Positions 8,291-17,850 of a stretch of 63,150 nucleotides of DNA are shown here, one piece after another; position 1 is the first letter of the stretch, and each line of letters starts with the position of its first letter. The DNA is from an uncultured Candidatus Actinomarina sp. (GTDB taxonomy: Bacteria > Actinomycetota > Acidimicrobiia > Actinomarinales > Actinomarinaceae). The stretch lies in assembly GCA_902628045.1 (NCBI GenBank), contig CACOLU010000005.1, forward strand, positions 1 to 63,150, written 5' to 3'. A model generated the notes under the pieces. That model did not search any database. It worked only from the letters and a program-made list of their open reading frames with translations, and was not told where the DNA came from. The translations under genes were made by a program, and so were the position numbers.

Positions 8291-8764
8291 ATGAAAAAAA
8301 AGTTTCTTAGAATATTAAACAGATACAGTTTACTTTATCTCCCTACCGGATGGGTGCTTGGACTTGCTGTTATTTTTATTGCTTATGAACCAATTACTGT
8401 TCTTTACTTTTTGAGTTTATTTGTTTTAGGTATATTTGGGTTTCTGATTTTTTATACATCAAATAGAGACATGGTTGATGAATCTTATAATGTATCGGAT
8501 TACCAATATTCAATAATTGAGTTTTACTCAGACTACTGACTAGGTTGTACTGCTTCAAAATTCATAGTTGATGAATTTAAAAAGAAAAATCCAGATGTTT
8601 TTTTTGTTTCTATAAATGCAAGTAAGCAAAAAGATCACAAGTTTATTGAAAGATATAAATTAAATAATACTCCAACGTATGTATTGATTAATAATAAAGG
8701 CGAAAAAATTGGAAGAAGAGTTGGTACTTTTTATCCAAAGTATTTCGAAAATAAAATAGTCTAA
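8291..8764 (+). CDS. Membrane-anchored thioredoxin-fold selenoprotein (157 aa; Sec83 in U-L-G-C)
   Basis: N-terminal hydrophobic helices, then IIEFYSDY-TGA-LGC. The frame continues open for 74 codons with Trx features (FFVSINA, YKLNNTPTYVLINNKGEKIGRRVG) to TAA 8762-8764, overlapping the csaA stop. Confidence 0.85.
8558..8578 (+). promoter_or_regulatory. Candidate bacterial SECIS hairpin
   Basis: AAATTCAT-AGTTG-ATGAATTT: perfect 8-bp stem starting 18 nt after the UGA. The 5-nt loop has G at position 2 followed by U, and lies 26 nt from the UGA. Confidence 0.6.
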
Positions 8765-9096
8765 GACACTTTATCACCAAGCTCAGCTTTATCTGATGGC
8801 TGAAGTAGTAAAACATCTCCATTTTTAGATATTGATCCTAGAACTAGGCATTCACTCATAAAAGGCCCTATTTGTTTACTTCCAAGATTTATAATTGCTA
8901 CACAAGGCTTTTCTTTAAGTTCGTCTAAGTCATAGTTTGTTATTTGAGCACTTGTTTTTTTAGTACCAATTAAATCACCAAAATCTATGGTTAATTTGTA
9001 TGCTGGTTTTATAGCTTCTTTAAAAATTTCTGCGTTAATTATTTTTCCAACACGAATATCTAATTCAAAAAAATTAGTTGATTTATCACTTTCCAT
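8761..9096 (-). CDS. csaA: CsaA / Trbp111-like tRNA-binding OB-fold protein
   Basis: LDIRVGKII, KPAYKLTIDFG, KTSAQIT, INLGSKQIGPFMSECLVLG, GDKVS. Confidence 0.92.
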   Translation of the reverse strand: MESDKSTNFFELDIRVGKIINAEIFKEAIKPAYKLTIDFGDLIGTKKTSAQITNYDLDELKEKPCVAIINLGSKQIGPFMSECLVLGSISKNGDVLLLQPSDKAELGDKVS

Positions 9097-9124
9097 ATAA
9101 CAAACATAATTACATACTTAATTC

Positions 9125-9670
9125 ATGTCAAAATTATTAATTCTTAGCGCAGGAGTTAGCGAAGATTCATATAATACCAAATTAGCAAAAAAGCTTAATA
9201 AATTTCTTAATGATGAAGGCTTATCTAATGAAATATATGAAAATCTTCATGAAGACATTCCATTTTTGCTAGATAACCAAGAAGATATTCCCAAAAAAAT
9301 AATAAAAATGAGAAAATCTCTAGAAAGTGCAAATAAAATTGTAATTTTTAGTCCAGTTTATAATGGAGGATTTTTAGCACATTTAAAGAATACTCTTGAT
9401 TGGCTATCCCTTTCTTATGAAGGTCATAAATACAATTCTTTATTCAAAGATAAAACAGTAGGAGTCATTACATCAGTGAGAGGTGGTGGCGGAAATGCTC
9501 AAAATGCATTTGACATACTAAGTGCACAATTAATTAATTATGGACTAAGAGTCTTTGAAGAATTTCATCTAATCACAAATAAAGAACATCAAGTAGATGT
9601 TGAAATTGATGAAAATCAAAAAGTTTTTGAAAATATTACACAATATGTGAATAGATTTTTAGATTTTTAA
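9125..9670 (+). CDS. NAD(P)H-dependent FMN reductase family flavoprotein
   Basis: SAGVSEDSYNTKLA, FSPVYNGGFLAHLKNTLDWLS, FKDKTVG, GGG motifs. Confidence 0.85.
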   Translation: MSKLLILSAGVSEDSYNTKLAKKLNKFLNDEGLSNEIYENLHEDIPFLLDNQEDIPKKIIKMRKSLESANKIVIFSPVYNGGFLAHLKNTLDWLSLSYEGHKYNSLFKDKTVGVITSVRGGGGNAQNAFDILSAQLINYGLRVFEEFHLITNKEHQVDVEIDENQKVFENITQYVNRFLDF

Positions 9671-10387
9671 TTTTTCATCAATTAAGTTATAAATTTTTGT
9701 TGTCATTTCTTCTACAGTTAACTCTTCTGAGTGATTTATTGGGTTTAATATTTCGATAGTTATTTCACCACTTCTCAACCAAACCTCTCCTTTTCTCATT
9801 AGGTTATGTGCATTATGCGTGACTACTGGGATGATAGGAAGTTGAAAATCTTTTGATATGTAAGCAGCTCCTTTTTTAAATGGGAGGAGGTCTTTCTGAT
9901 TACTTCTTTTCCCTTCAGGAAAAATCATGATAGAGTTTTTGTTCTTAATTACTTTTGATATAGATTCGTTAATTTTTTCAAAATTTGCACTAGCATTTTT
10001 TCTATCTATTCTGGGCAGTCCTAAAACTTTTAAAACTCTTCCAAACACTGGAATCCTAAACAACTCAGTTTTTGTAAGAAACCTTATTGATACAGGTAAA
10101 GCTGTTATATGTGTAAAAATATCTAAAGTAGAGGGATGATTTGATACTACAACATAGCTTTTATTTACATCTATTTTTTCAGCACCTTTAACAATAAGTT
10201 TTATACCAACAAATTTAAGACCGATCCAACCAAAAAATTCATAAATTTTTGTTGCTATAAATTTCCCATTAGGTAAAAAAGAAGCAGCAATGATTAATAG
10301 CATGATTGGAACTAATATAAATATCATAAAAATTGGGAATAGAAAAAATGTTCTAATGAAAATAGAGATTGTGATTTTACTTCTCAT
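9659..10387 (-). CDS. plsC: 1-acyl-sn-glycerol-3-phosphate acyltransferase
   Basis: NHPSTLD (HX4D), FLTKTEL, IDR, IFPEGKRS, FKKGA motifs; N-terminal TM helix. Confidence 0.92.
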   Translation of the reverse strand: MRSKITISIFIRTFFLFPIFMIFILVPIMLLIIAASFLPNGKFIATKIYEFFGWIGLKFVGIKLIVKGAEKIDVNKSYVVVSNHPSTLDIFTHITALPVSIRFLTKTELFRIPVFGRVLKVLGLPRIDRKNASANFEKINESISKVIKNKNSIMIFPEGKRSNQKDLLPFKKGAAYISKDFQLPIIPVVTHNAHNLMRKGEVWLRSGEITIEILNPINHSEELTVEEMTTKIYNLIDEKLKI

Positions 10388-10456
10388 AATTGTATTTTAA
10401 AAAAAGAATTGCCCTGATATCAAATAATTGAAATAAATATCATTAAAATTGACTAT

Positions 10457-11170
10457 ATGAAAAAATATTTTATTGTTTTACTCATACTATTTGCTTTTTG
10501 TGGTGATGGTACTGATCAATCAGAACAGTCCGAATCCTTGAGTTCTAACACAACGGAAGCAACAGTTGTTACTGAAAAAGAGACAACAACTACCACTGAG
10601 ATTGTACAATTAGACTCTTTTGAGGGTACAGTTTACGAAATTCAAAAAGATAAAAGTAGAGTAGGTTATTTAGCTCCAAAGCAATTTTTGAACTCTGGCC
10701 TTGAAACAGTAGAAGGTGTTACAAGTGAGATTATTGGTGAATTCACTCTTGAACTTTCTGAATGCGAGCAATCAGATTCTTGTCTTTATATAACAAATTT
10801 GTTGATTCGTGTTGACATCTCAACTTTAAAAAGTAATAACTCAATTAGAGATTCAGCAATTAAATCCCAATGGCTTGAATCAAAATTATTTCCAGAGGCC
10901 GTATTCAAAATAGATGAATTGGTTATTCCAAATAAAAATTTTGATTCTAAAGTTGAAGATACAATAATTGGTAAAATGTCGATTAGAGAAATTGAGTTAG
11001 ACACACCCTTTTCTATTACAGCCTCACTCATAGGTGATGAAATACGAATTCAAGGATTTTCAGAAATTGATACTACTTGGTTTGGCTTTGATGCTCCAAC
11101 AAAATTTAATGCATGGGAAGTTTTGAACCCAATAGGTTTGACTGTAGATCTGGTTGCAAAGCAAAAATAA
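10457..11170 (+). CDS. YceI-family lipid/polyisoprenoid-binding protein, probable lipoprotein
   Basis: Signal ending LFAFC, Thr/Glu-rich linker, SRVGY, VDISTLKSNNSIRD, WLESKLFPEAVF, GKMSIRE. Confidence 0.85.
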   Translation: MKKYFIVLLILFAFCGDGTDQSEQSESLSSNTTEATVVTEKETTTTTEIVQLDSFEGTVYEIQKDKSRVGYLAPKQFLNSGLETVEGVTSEIIGEFTLELSECEQSDSCLYITNLLIRVDISTLKSNNSIRDSAIKSQWLESKLFPEAVFKIDELVIPNKNFDSKVEDTIIGKMSIREIELDTPFSITASLIGDEIRIQGFSEIDTTWFGFDAPTKFNAWEVLNPIGLTVDLVAKQK

Positions 11171-11723
11171 ATTGTTAAAAAATCAATTAGTTTATAAAAA
11201 AATTGATAGTTTCGTGGAAAAAACAAAAAATAATTATGCTTCGGTAGCTGTTTTATTTATTGACGAAGTAGAAATTCTGTTTATAAAGCGATCAGAAAAT
11301 ATGCCTACACATAAAGGACATATAGCATTTCCTGGTGGAAAAAAAGAAAAAAATGATACCAGCATTATTCATACTGCAGTACGCGAAGCTACGGAGGAAT
11401 TATTAATACCGGATTATTTGATCACACCATTTGGATACATTGACTCTGTTGACACAGTAGAGTATAAATTCGAAGTTTTTCCTATTCTCTGCTTTTTAGA
11501 GAACAAACCAAAAAAGTTTAACAAAAATGAAGTACAAAAAGTTTTATATGCATCAATCGATGATCTTAAACACGAAAAAAATTGGCTATATAGAGGATTT
11601 TATCCAAATGATTGGATTTTTAATATTGAAGACGAAATTTTATGGGGTGCTACAGCAAAGATGATTAGAAATATACTCAATCTCGATTTAGATTCTAATC
11701 AAGACTCCGAGCTTCATCCTTAA
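11154..11723 (+). CDS. Nudix hydrolase, CoA pyrophosphatase (NudL/PCD1) type
   Basis: LFIKRS..THKGHIAFPGGKKE....AVREATEEL Nudix box; ILWGATAKM. Confidence 0.9.
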   Translation: MQSKNKLLKNQLVYKKIDSFVEKTKNNYASVAVLFIDEVEILFIKRSENMPTHKGHIAFPGGKKEKNDTSIIHTAVREATEELLIPDYLITPFGYIDSVDTVEYKFEVFPILCFLENKPKKFNKNEVQKVLYASIDDLKHEKNWLYRGFYPNDWIFNIEDEILWGATAKMIRNILNLDLDSNQDSELHP

Positions 11724-12600
11724 CTGCTAAATAAAGAGAAATAAATATAAAAAATAATGTTACAAAAAAAATATTATTTATTACTTCATCAAGAAAAATA
11801 TAGCCAACATAAATTCCCACGATTGGAACAACATAGTCAACTAGAGTTGTAAACGTAGCTGAAAGCCTTTTAATTGTATAAAAGAACAGGGAATAGTTAA
11901 ATATATCCATAAAAACTAATCCAGACAACCTAAGGGCCTGAGAACTATTTAAAATTTCAATCTCCCCTCCAAGAATAAAAAACAATATTAAAGAAAAAAT
12001 TGTACTTGCTATCCATTGAATCAAAAGATATGTCTTAGCAGGAATATATTGAGAGTCTTTTTTATTTGTAATATTACTTAAAGCAAGTCCCTGTACACCG
12101 ATAAGTGCCAGCAGTCCTCCAGTAATTAGATCTCCATCATTTGATAGCCCAGTAGCTCCTGAAGCAAAAAGTAAAATTAGTCCACTAAGGCCTACAAATA
12201 CCGAAATAACTTTTAGCCGTGTAATTTTCTCTTCTTTATAAATTAAATAAACCCAGAAGACTGTGAACATAGGAATTGTAGAAATAAAAATACTTTGGAG
12301 ACCAGAAGAAATACTTTTTAAAGCATAAATAAAAGTCCAACCCGGAATAGTTATTGCTAAAAACCCGGTTAGTGTGCCTTTTAAAAAATATTTTTTATTG
12401 ATTTCAGAAATAAACTCTTTCAAACAATAAATAGAAAGTAAAAAAGTTACGAGTGTGATTCTGGCAGTAACAACAAAAATCTCACTTACACCATCTACTA
12501 ATAAACTCCTGTTAAGCAAACCATGAAAACCAAATAAAACTCCGATTATTATTATGTTTATTAATCCTGCATTGGCTGATAACTTATATTCAGATTTTAT
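11695..12600 (-). CDS. DMT/EamA family transporter, apparently starting at an ATA codon
   Basis: Two EamA repeats (ISSGLQSIFISTIPMFT; SATFTTLVDYVVPIVGIYVG). The frame extends 27 codons above the called TTG and adds TM1. SD GGAGAG (12611-12606) is 5 nt before ATA 12600. Confidence 0.85.
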   Translation of the reverse strand: MKSEYKLSANAGLINIIIIGVLFGFHGLLNRSLLVDGVSEIFVVTARITLVTFLLSIYCLKEFISEINKKYFLKGTLTGFLAITIPGWTFIYALKSISSGLQSIFISTIPMFTVFWVYLIYKEEKITRLKVISVFVGLSGLILLFASGATGLSNDGDLITGGLLALIGVQGLALSNITNKKDSQYIPAKTYLLIQWIASTIFSLILFFILGGEIEILNSSQALRLSGLVFMDIFNYSLFFYTIKRLSATFTTLVDYVVPIVGIYVGYIFLDEVINNIFFVTLFFIFISLYLAVKDEARSLD

Positions 12601-12641
12601 AAAAACTCTCCAATTTGATTTAGTTTATTAGAATAGCAGAT

Positions 12642-13616
12642 ATGAAAACAGTTTTTTCTGGTATCCAGCCAAGTGGCCTAGTTCATCTAGGAAATTTACT
12701 TGGTGCAATAAATAATTGGGTCAAGCTATCAAACGAAAACAGTAAAAATTATTTTTGCATTGTTGATCTGCATTCTTTAACAGGACTACCTAGTAAGGAT
12801 GATCTAAAAAAAAGTATAAATGATACTTTAAAAGTACTTTTAGCATCTGGAATTAATACCAAAACTTCGGTCATATACACGCAAAGTAATCTTCAGGAAC
12901 ATGCCTATCTTTCTTGGATATTGTCTAATTTTTGCCAAGTTGGAGAACTACAACGAATGACTCAATTTAAAGAAAAAGCTTCTTCTTTTGGCACACATTC
13001 AGGTTTATTGACATACCCAATCTTGATGGCCTCTGATATTTTAATTCATAAAGCTAATGAAGTTCCTGTAGGAGATGATCAAACTCAGCATCTTGAATTG
13101 ACTAGGAATATAGCGGAGCGTTTTAATGCAAATTATGGAGAAATATTTCCAATTCCTGAAAAAACAAGTGGAAAATCGGGTGCTCGCTTGATGTCTTTAA
13201 GGCATCCAGAAAGTAAAATGTCTAAAAGCTCCGATGATATTAATGGAACTATTTACTTTAACGATGAGAAAGACAACATATTGAAAAAATTTAAATCTTC
13301 TGTTACTGATTCTGAAAATATTGTTAGATACGATCTTAAAAATAAACCAGGTATTAGTAATTTGATTGAAATTTATGCTGCAGTTAATGACAAAGAAATA
13401 TCTGAGACTGAAAAAGAATTTGAAAATTCACAATATGGAGAATTCAAAATAGCTGTAGCTGAAACAGTAATTGATTACCTTGATCCAATAAAAAAGAATT
13501 TTGATGAATTAACCGCTAATGATATAGATGATATTGTCGTATCTAATTTAAAATCAGCAAAAGATTCTGCACAAAAAACAATTATTGAAGTAGAAGAAGC
13601 TCTAGGTATAAATTGA
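12642..13616 (+). CDS. trpS: Tryptophanyl-tRNA synthetase
   Basis: SGIQPSGLVHLGN, YPILMASDIL, VPVGDDQTQHLELTR, KMSKS. Confidence 0.98.
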   Translation: MKTVFSGIQPSGLVHLGNLLGAINNWVKLSNENSKNYFCIVDLHSLTGLPSKDDLKKSINDTLKVLLASGINTKTSVIYTQSNLQEHAYLSWILSNFCQVGELQRMTQFKEKASSFGTHSGLLTYPILMASDILIHKANEVPVGDDQTQHLELTRNIAERFNANYGEIFPIPEKTSGKSGARLMSLRHPESKMSKSSDDINGTIYFNDEKDNILKKFKSSVTDSENIVRYDLKNKPGISNLIEIYAAVNDKEISETEKEFENSQYGEFKIAVAETVIDYLDPIKKNFDELTANDIDDIVVSNLKSAKDSAQKTIIEVEEALGIN

Positions 13617-13653
13617 AAATAATTTTATTTCCGAAAGAAATTTCTTTTCTTTA

Positions 13654-15795
13654 ATGTCAGCAGATACTCAAATTCCAGATGAGTGGAAAAATATTCTCAA
13701 CGCAAGCCAAATTGAAGCTGTAACTACTATTAATGGTCCAATTTTAATTATGGCTGGAGCAGGATCTGGTAAAACAAGAGTACTTACACATAGATATGCT
13801 CATTTGGTGAAGCAACATAAAGTTGATATAGAGCAGATATTAGCTATTACATTCACAAACAAAGCTGCTGAGGAAATGAAATTGCGTATTGGTAATTTAT
13901 TGAATTTAAAAATCTCTCCTAAATGGATATCCACTTTTCATAGCTTATGTGTAAAAATCCTCAGAATTCATGGAGATAAAATTGGTTATAAAAATAATTT
14001 TTCGATTTACGATCAATCAGACTCAAACAAAGTAGTAAGAAACTGCATGTCAGAAAATAATGTTGATTTAAAGCAGTACTCACCAAAAAGATTTCAAGCT
14101 CACATTTCAAATTTAAAAAATAATATGATTTCCCCAGGAGAGGCCCTGCAGAATGCAGAATCATTTTTTGAAGTTAAAGTTGCAGAAATATATTCAAGTT
14201 ATGAAAAGAAATTAATTTTGTCCAACTCTATGGATTTTGATGACTTATTAATCAAAACTGTAGAACTTTTGAATACAAATGAGCAAATACTACATTATTG
14301 GTCGAATAAGTTTCAATTTGTCATGGTAGATGAATATCAAGATACAAATTATGTTCAATATAAGCTTGTTGAACTATTGAGCTCAAATAATCAAAATGTA
14401 TGTGTTGTTGGCGATTCCGATCAAAGTATTTATGCCTTTAGAGGTGCGGATATAAGGAATATTATTGAGTTCGAAAAAGATTTTAAAAACGCAAAGATAA
14501 TTCAACTTGATAAAAACTATAGATCAACAAAAAAAATATTAGATTTGGCAAACACAATTATTTCAAATAATCCAAGAAAAATTAAAAAGAATCTTTGGAC
14601 TGATAATGAAGATGGTCTTGAAATAAGTTCTTTGAGATTTAGATCTGAAAAAGATGAATCAAGATGGGTAGCTGAAGAAGTTAAGGAGATTCTTGAGAGT
14701 GATAAAGAAGCAGAAGTTGCAATTTTCTACAGAACAAATAGTCAATCTAGATTATTTGAAGAAGAGTTAAGAAAATTAAATATAAACCACAAGCTAATTG
14801 GCAGTGTTAGATTTTATGACAGAAAGGAAATAAAAGATGTAATTTCTTATTTGAAATTTTTAGTAAATGAAAATGATGTAGTTTCTTTTGAAAGAATTGT
14901 CAATGTTCCAAAAAGAGGGATTGGGGAGTCAAGTGTTAAGAAGCTAAGAGATCATATTGACAAACATGAAATGTCGATATTCGAATTACTGCAAGATATT
15001 GAACAGGTTGAGAGCATCTCTCCAAGAATAAAAAATAAATTGATAGAATTCAAAAATTTGATTTTAGATTTAAAAACTTTTTCACTTGATGGCCCATCAA
15101 AATCTATAGAGAAAATTATCGATTTAACTGGTTATAAAATGAATCTCATTAAAGAAGGAACAATGGAATCACAAATGAGACTTGAAAATATTGAAGAGCT
15201 ATTAAATTCTGCATATAATTTTGAAAATCTTTATGAAGAGGAGATTGATGAACCCTATGCAAAATTGCGAGACTATCTTGAATCAATAGCACTCTTTTCA
15301 GAAACTGATGAACTCAAAGACTCGGATAAAGTTTTATTAATGACTTTACATAATGCAAAAGGTTTAGAGTTTCCTTATGTCTTCATGACAGGAATGGAAG
15401 AAAATCTTTTTCCACACGAAAGAAGCTCACATGGTGACCAATCAGAAATTGAAGAAGAGAGAAGACTTTGTTATGTTGGTGTAACCAGAGCAGAAAAAAA
15501 GCTTTATTTATCGCATGCATGGTCTAGGACTTTGTGGGGTGGTACAACATATAACTTACCAAGTAGATTTCTGGATGAGGGATCAGAACATTTTGAAACT
15601 AAAGATTTTTCTCCAGAATTTCATGAGTCAAATGAAAAGAATAATTCGTCATCAGTTGGCCAAAAAATTATTCATGATAAATACGGAGAAGGAGTAATAA
15701 AGGAAGTTCAAGGAAATGAAATTACAGTTGAATTTTCAGATGATATAGGAACTAAATATTTAGACATAGAATGGGCTCCAATAAAATTTCTATAA
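13654..15795 (+). CDS. pcrA: ATP-dependent DNA helicase PcrA/UvrD
   Basis: AGAGSGKTRVLT, TFTNKAA, DEYQDTN, GDSDQSIYAFRGA, MTLHNAKGLEF, EERRLCYVGVTRA, C-terminal Tudor-like HDKYGEG. Confidence 0.97.
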   Translation: MSADTQIPDEWKNILNASQIEAVTTINGPILIMAGAGSGKTRVLTHRYAHLVKQHKVDIEQILAITFTNKAAEEMKLRIGNLLNLKISPKWISTFHSLCVKILRIHGDKIGYKNNFSIYDQSDSNKVVRNCMSENNVDLKQYSPKRFQAHISNLKNNMISPGEALQNAESFFEVKVAEIYSSYEKKLILSNSMDFDDLLIKTVELLNTNEQILHYWSNKFQFVMVDEYQDTNYVQYKLVELLSSNNQNVCVVGDSDQSIYAFRGADIRNIIEFEKDFKNAKIIQLDKNYRSTKKILDLANTIISNNPRKIKKNLWTDNEDGLEISSLRFRSEKDESRWVAEEVKEILESDKEAEVAIFYRTNSQSRLFEEELRKLNINHKLIGSVRFYDRKEIKDVISYLKFLVNENDVVSFERIVNVPKRGIGESSVKKLRDHIDKHEMSIFELLQDIEQVESISPRIKNKLIEFKNLILDLKTFSLDGPSKSIEKIIDLTGYKMNLIKEGTMESQMRLENIEELLNSAYNFENLYEEEIDEPYAKLRDYLESIALFSETDELKDSDKVLLMTLHNAKGLEFPYVFMTGMEENLFPHERSSHGDQSEIEEERRLCYVGVTRAEKKLYLSHAWSRTLWGGTTYNLPSRFLDEGSEHFETKDFSPEFHESNEKNNSSSVGQKIIHDKYGEGVIKEVQGNEITVEFSDDIGTKYLDIEWAPIKFL

Positions 15796-15847
15796 ACGCA
15801 CAGCATAAATTTTATTTTTTTGTAATCTATATTCTTGTTATAACATT

Positions 15848-16981
15848 ATGAATCTTTTTGAATACCAAGGTAAAAGACTTTATCAAGACTTTTCTATTCC
15901 AACACCCAAATCTATTTTTGTATCAAACATATCTGAAATTTCAGATGATCATGGATTAACATATCCAGTTGTGGTTAAGGCCCAAGTTCAGGTCGGCGGA
16001 AGAGGTAAAGCCGGTGGTATAAAAGTCGCAAAAGATTTTGATGAACTTACTAAATTTTCTGATGAAATTTTAGGAATGGATATCAAAGGCCATACTGTAG
16101 AGAGCCTTTTACTAGAAGAGGCTTCAAATATATTAGAAGAATATTATATTTCTTTCACACTTGATAGATCAGCAAAATCTTACTTAATGATGCTCAGCGC
16201 AAAAGGTGGTATGGATATTGAAGAAGTAGCAGAAAAAAACCCGGACGATTTAATTATGCTTCATATTTCTCCTTCTAAAGGATTAGATTCGGAAACAATT
16301 CATAAGTCTGTAGATGATGCAAAACTCAATGAAAATTATAAAGTTGAATTAAGCGAAGTTATTTCCAAATTATATAAATTATTTGTAGAAGGTGATTGTG
16401 ATTTAGTTGAAGTTAATCCACTTGCAATTACTGACCATGGAGTTTCTGCTTTAGATTCAAAAGTTTCATTAGACATGAATGCTATTTATAGACACGAAAA
16501 TTTTAAAAATTTTGAAAATGAAATACCAATTCCAGTTTCGGAGCAATTTGCCAAAGAAAAAAACCTTAATTTTATAAAGCTTGAAGGAAGCGTTGGAATT
16601 ATTGGTAATGGCGCAGGTTTAGTGATGTCTACTCTGGATGTTGTCTCTGAACATGGTGGAATGGCAGCAAACTTTTTAGATATAGGTGGTGGCGCAAAAG
16701 CTGAGACTGTTACAGCAGCATTGGAAGTATTGGAATCAGAGGATAACGTTAAAAGTGTATTAATTAATATATTTGGTGGAATTACAAGGTGTGACCTTGT
16801 AGCCAATGGGATAGTTGAAGCAACAAAAGGCAAAGAACTTAAATGGCCGATAATTGTTAGGCTTGATGGAACTAATTCAAAAGAAGGATTATCTATTTTG
16901 GAACAACACACAAATGAAAAAATTACAATATCTAGTTCTATGGATGAAGCAGCAAAGTTAGCAGTCGAGGGAGCAGTTTAA
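15848..16981 (+). CDS. sucC: Succinyl-CoA synthetase beta subunit
   Basis: [59 protein letters not shown]. Confidence 0.98.
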   Translation: MNLFEYQGKRLYQDFSIPTPKSIFVSNISEISDDHGLTYPVVVKAQVQVGGRGKAGGIKVAKDFDELTKFSDEILGMDIKGHTVESLLLEEASNILEEYYISFTLDRSAKSYLMMLSAKGGMDIEEVAEKNPDDLIMLHISPSKGLDSETIHKSVDDAKLNENYKVELSEVISKLYKLFVEGDCDLVEVNPLAITDHGVSALDSKVSLDMNAIYRHENFKNFENEIPIPVSEQFAKEKNLNFIKLEGSVGIIGNGAGLVMSTLDVVSEHGGMAANFLDIGGGAKAETVTAALEVLESEDNVKSVLINIFGGITRCDLVANGIVEATKGKELKWPIIVRLDGTNSKEGLSILEQHTNEKITISSSMDEAAKLAVEGAV

Positions 16982-17850
16982 TGTCTATTTTTATAAATAA
17001 TGATACAAAAGTTGTAGTCCAAGGCCTAACTGGTGAACAGGGAAAATTTCATGCATTGAGAAATAGAGATTATGGTACAAAAGTCGTTGCAGGCACAAGA
17101 CCTGGAAAAGGTGGAGAATCTGTAGAGGGAATTCCAATTTACAATACGGTTGAAGAAGCAGTAGATGCAACTGGAGCAAATACAGCTATGACATTTGTCC
17201 CGCCTCCATTTGCAAAAGATGCAGTTTTAGAAGCTGCATATGCTGGGTGTGATTTAATAGTTTGTATTACTGAAGGAATTCCTGCAAAGGATGAAGCAGA
17301 AATGTATGATATCTTAAAAGAAAATACATCTTCAAGATTACTTGGTCCAAATTGCCCCGGATTAATTTCTCCAGGTAAATCTAACGTTGGAATTATGCCT
17401 CACGAAATAACAATTGAGGGGAACGTTGGTGTTGTCTCTAGATCTGGAACATTAACATATCAAGCAGTTCTTGAGTTAACAAATTTAAATATTGGCCAAT
17501 CAACTTGTATTGGCATTGGGGGTGACCCCGTTCCAGGTACATCTTTTATTGATGTACTTGATGCTTTTCAAAACGATCCACAGACAGAGGCCATTGTTAT
17601 GATTGGTGAAATAGGTGGAAGCGCTGAAGAGGAAGCAGCGGAGTTTATTAAAAAGAATGTTACAAAACCTGTGGTTTCATACATTGCTGGACTTACAGCT
17701 CCACCCGGTAAAAAGATGGGTCATGCTGGTGCAATTGTTTCTGGAAATAAAGGTACTGCTAGTGCTAAAATTGAAGCACTAACTGATGCCGGTGCAAATG
17801 TCGTTAAAAACCCTACACGGATTGGTCAAGCGATTAAGGATGTTGTATGA
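16981..17850 (+). CDS. sucD: Succinyl-CoA synthetase alpha subunit
   Basis: [32 protein letters not shown] (phospho-His). Confidence 0.98.
   Translation: MSIFINNDTKVVVQGLTGEQGKFHALRNRDYGTKVVAGTRPGKGGESVEGIPIYNTVEEAVDATGANTAMTFVPPPFAKDAVLEAAYAGCDLIVCITEGIPAKDEAEMYDILKENTSSRLLGPNCPGLISPGKSNVGIMPHEITIEGNVGVVSRSGTLTYQAVLELTNLNIGQSTCIGIGGDPVPGTSFIDVLDAFQNDPQTEAIVMIGEIGGSAEEEAAEFIKKNVTKPVVSYIAGLTAPPGKKMGHAGAIVSGNKGTASAKIEALTDAGANVVKNPTRIGQAIKDVV

Noticed and set aside
8537-8539. TGA read as Trp (genetic code 4) or Gly (code 25)
   Set aside because: TGA is a true stop elsewhere (valS, acs, sdhC, sdhD, livF) with ATGA coupling, Trp is TGG in the motifs checked, and this TGA aligns with the catalytic Cys.
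12601-12641. T-box or riboswitch upstream of trpS, valS or cbiQO
   Set aside because: Gaps are only about 10-41 nt, too short for such elements, and show promoter or operator signatures instead.
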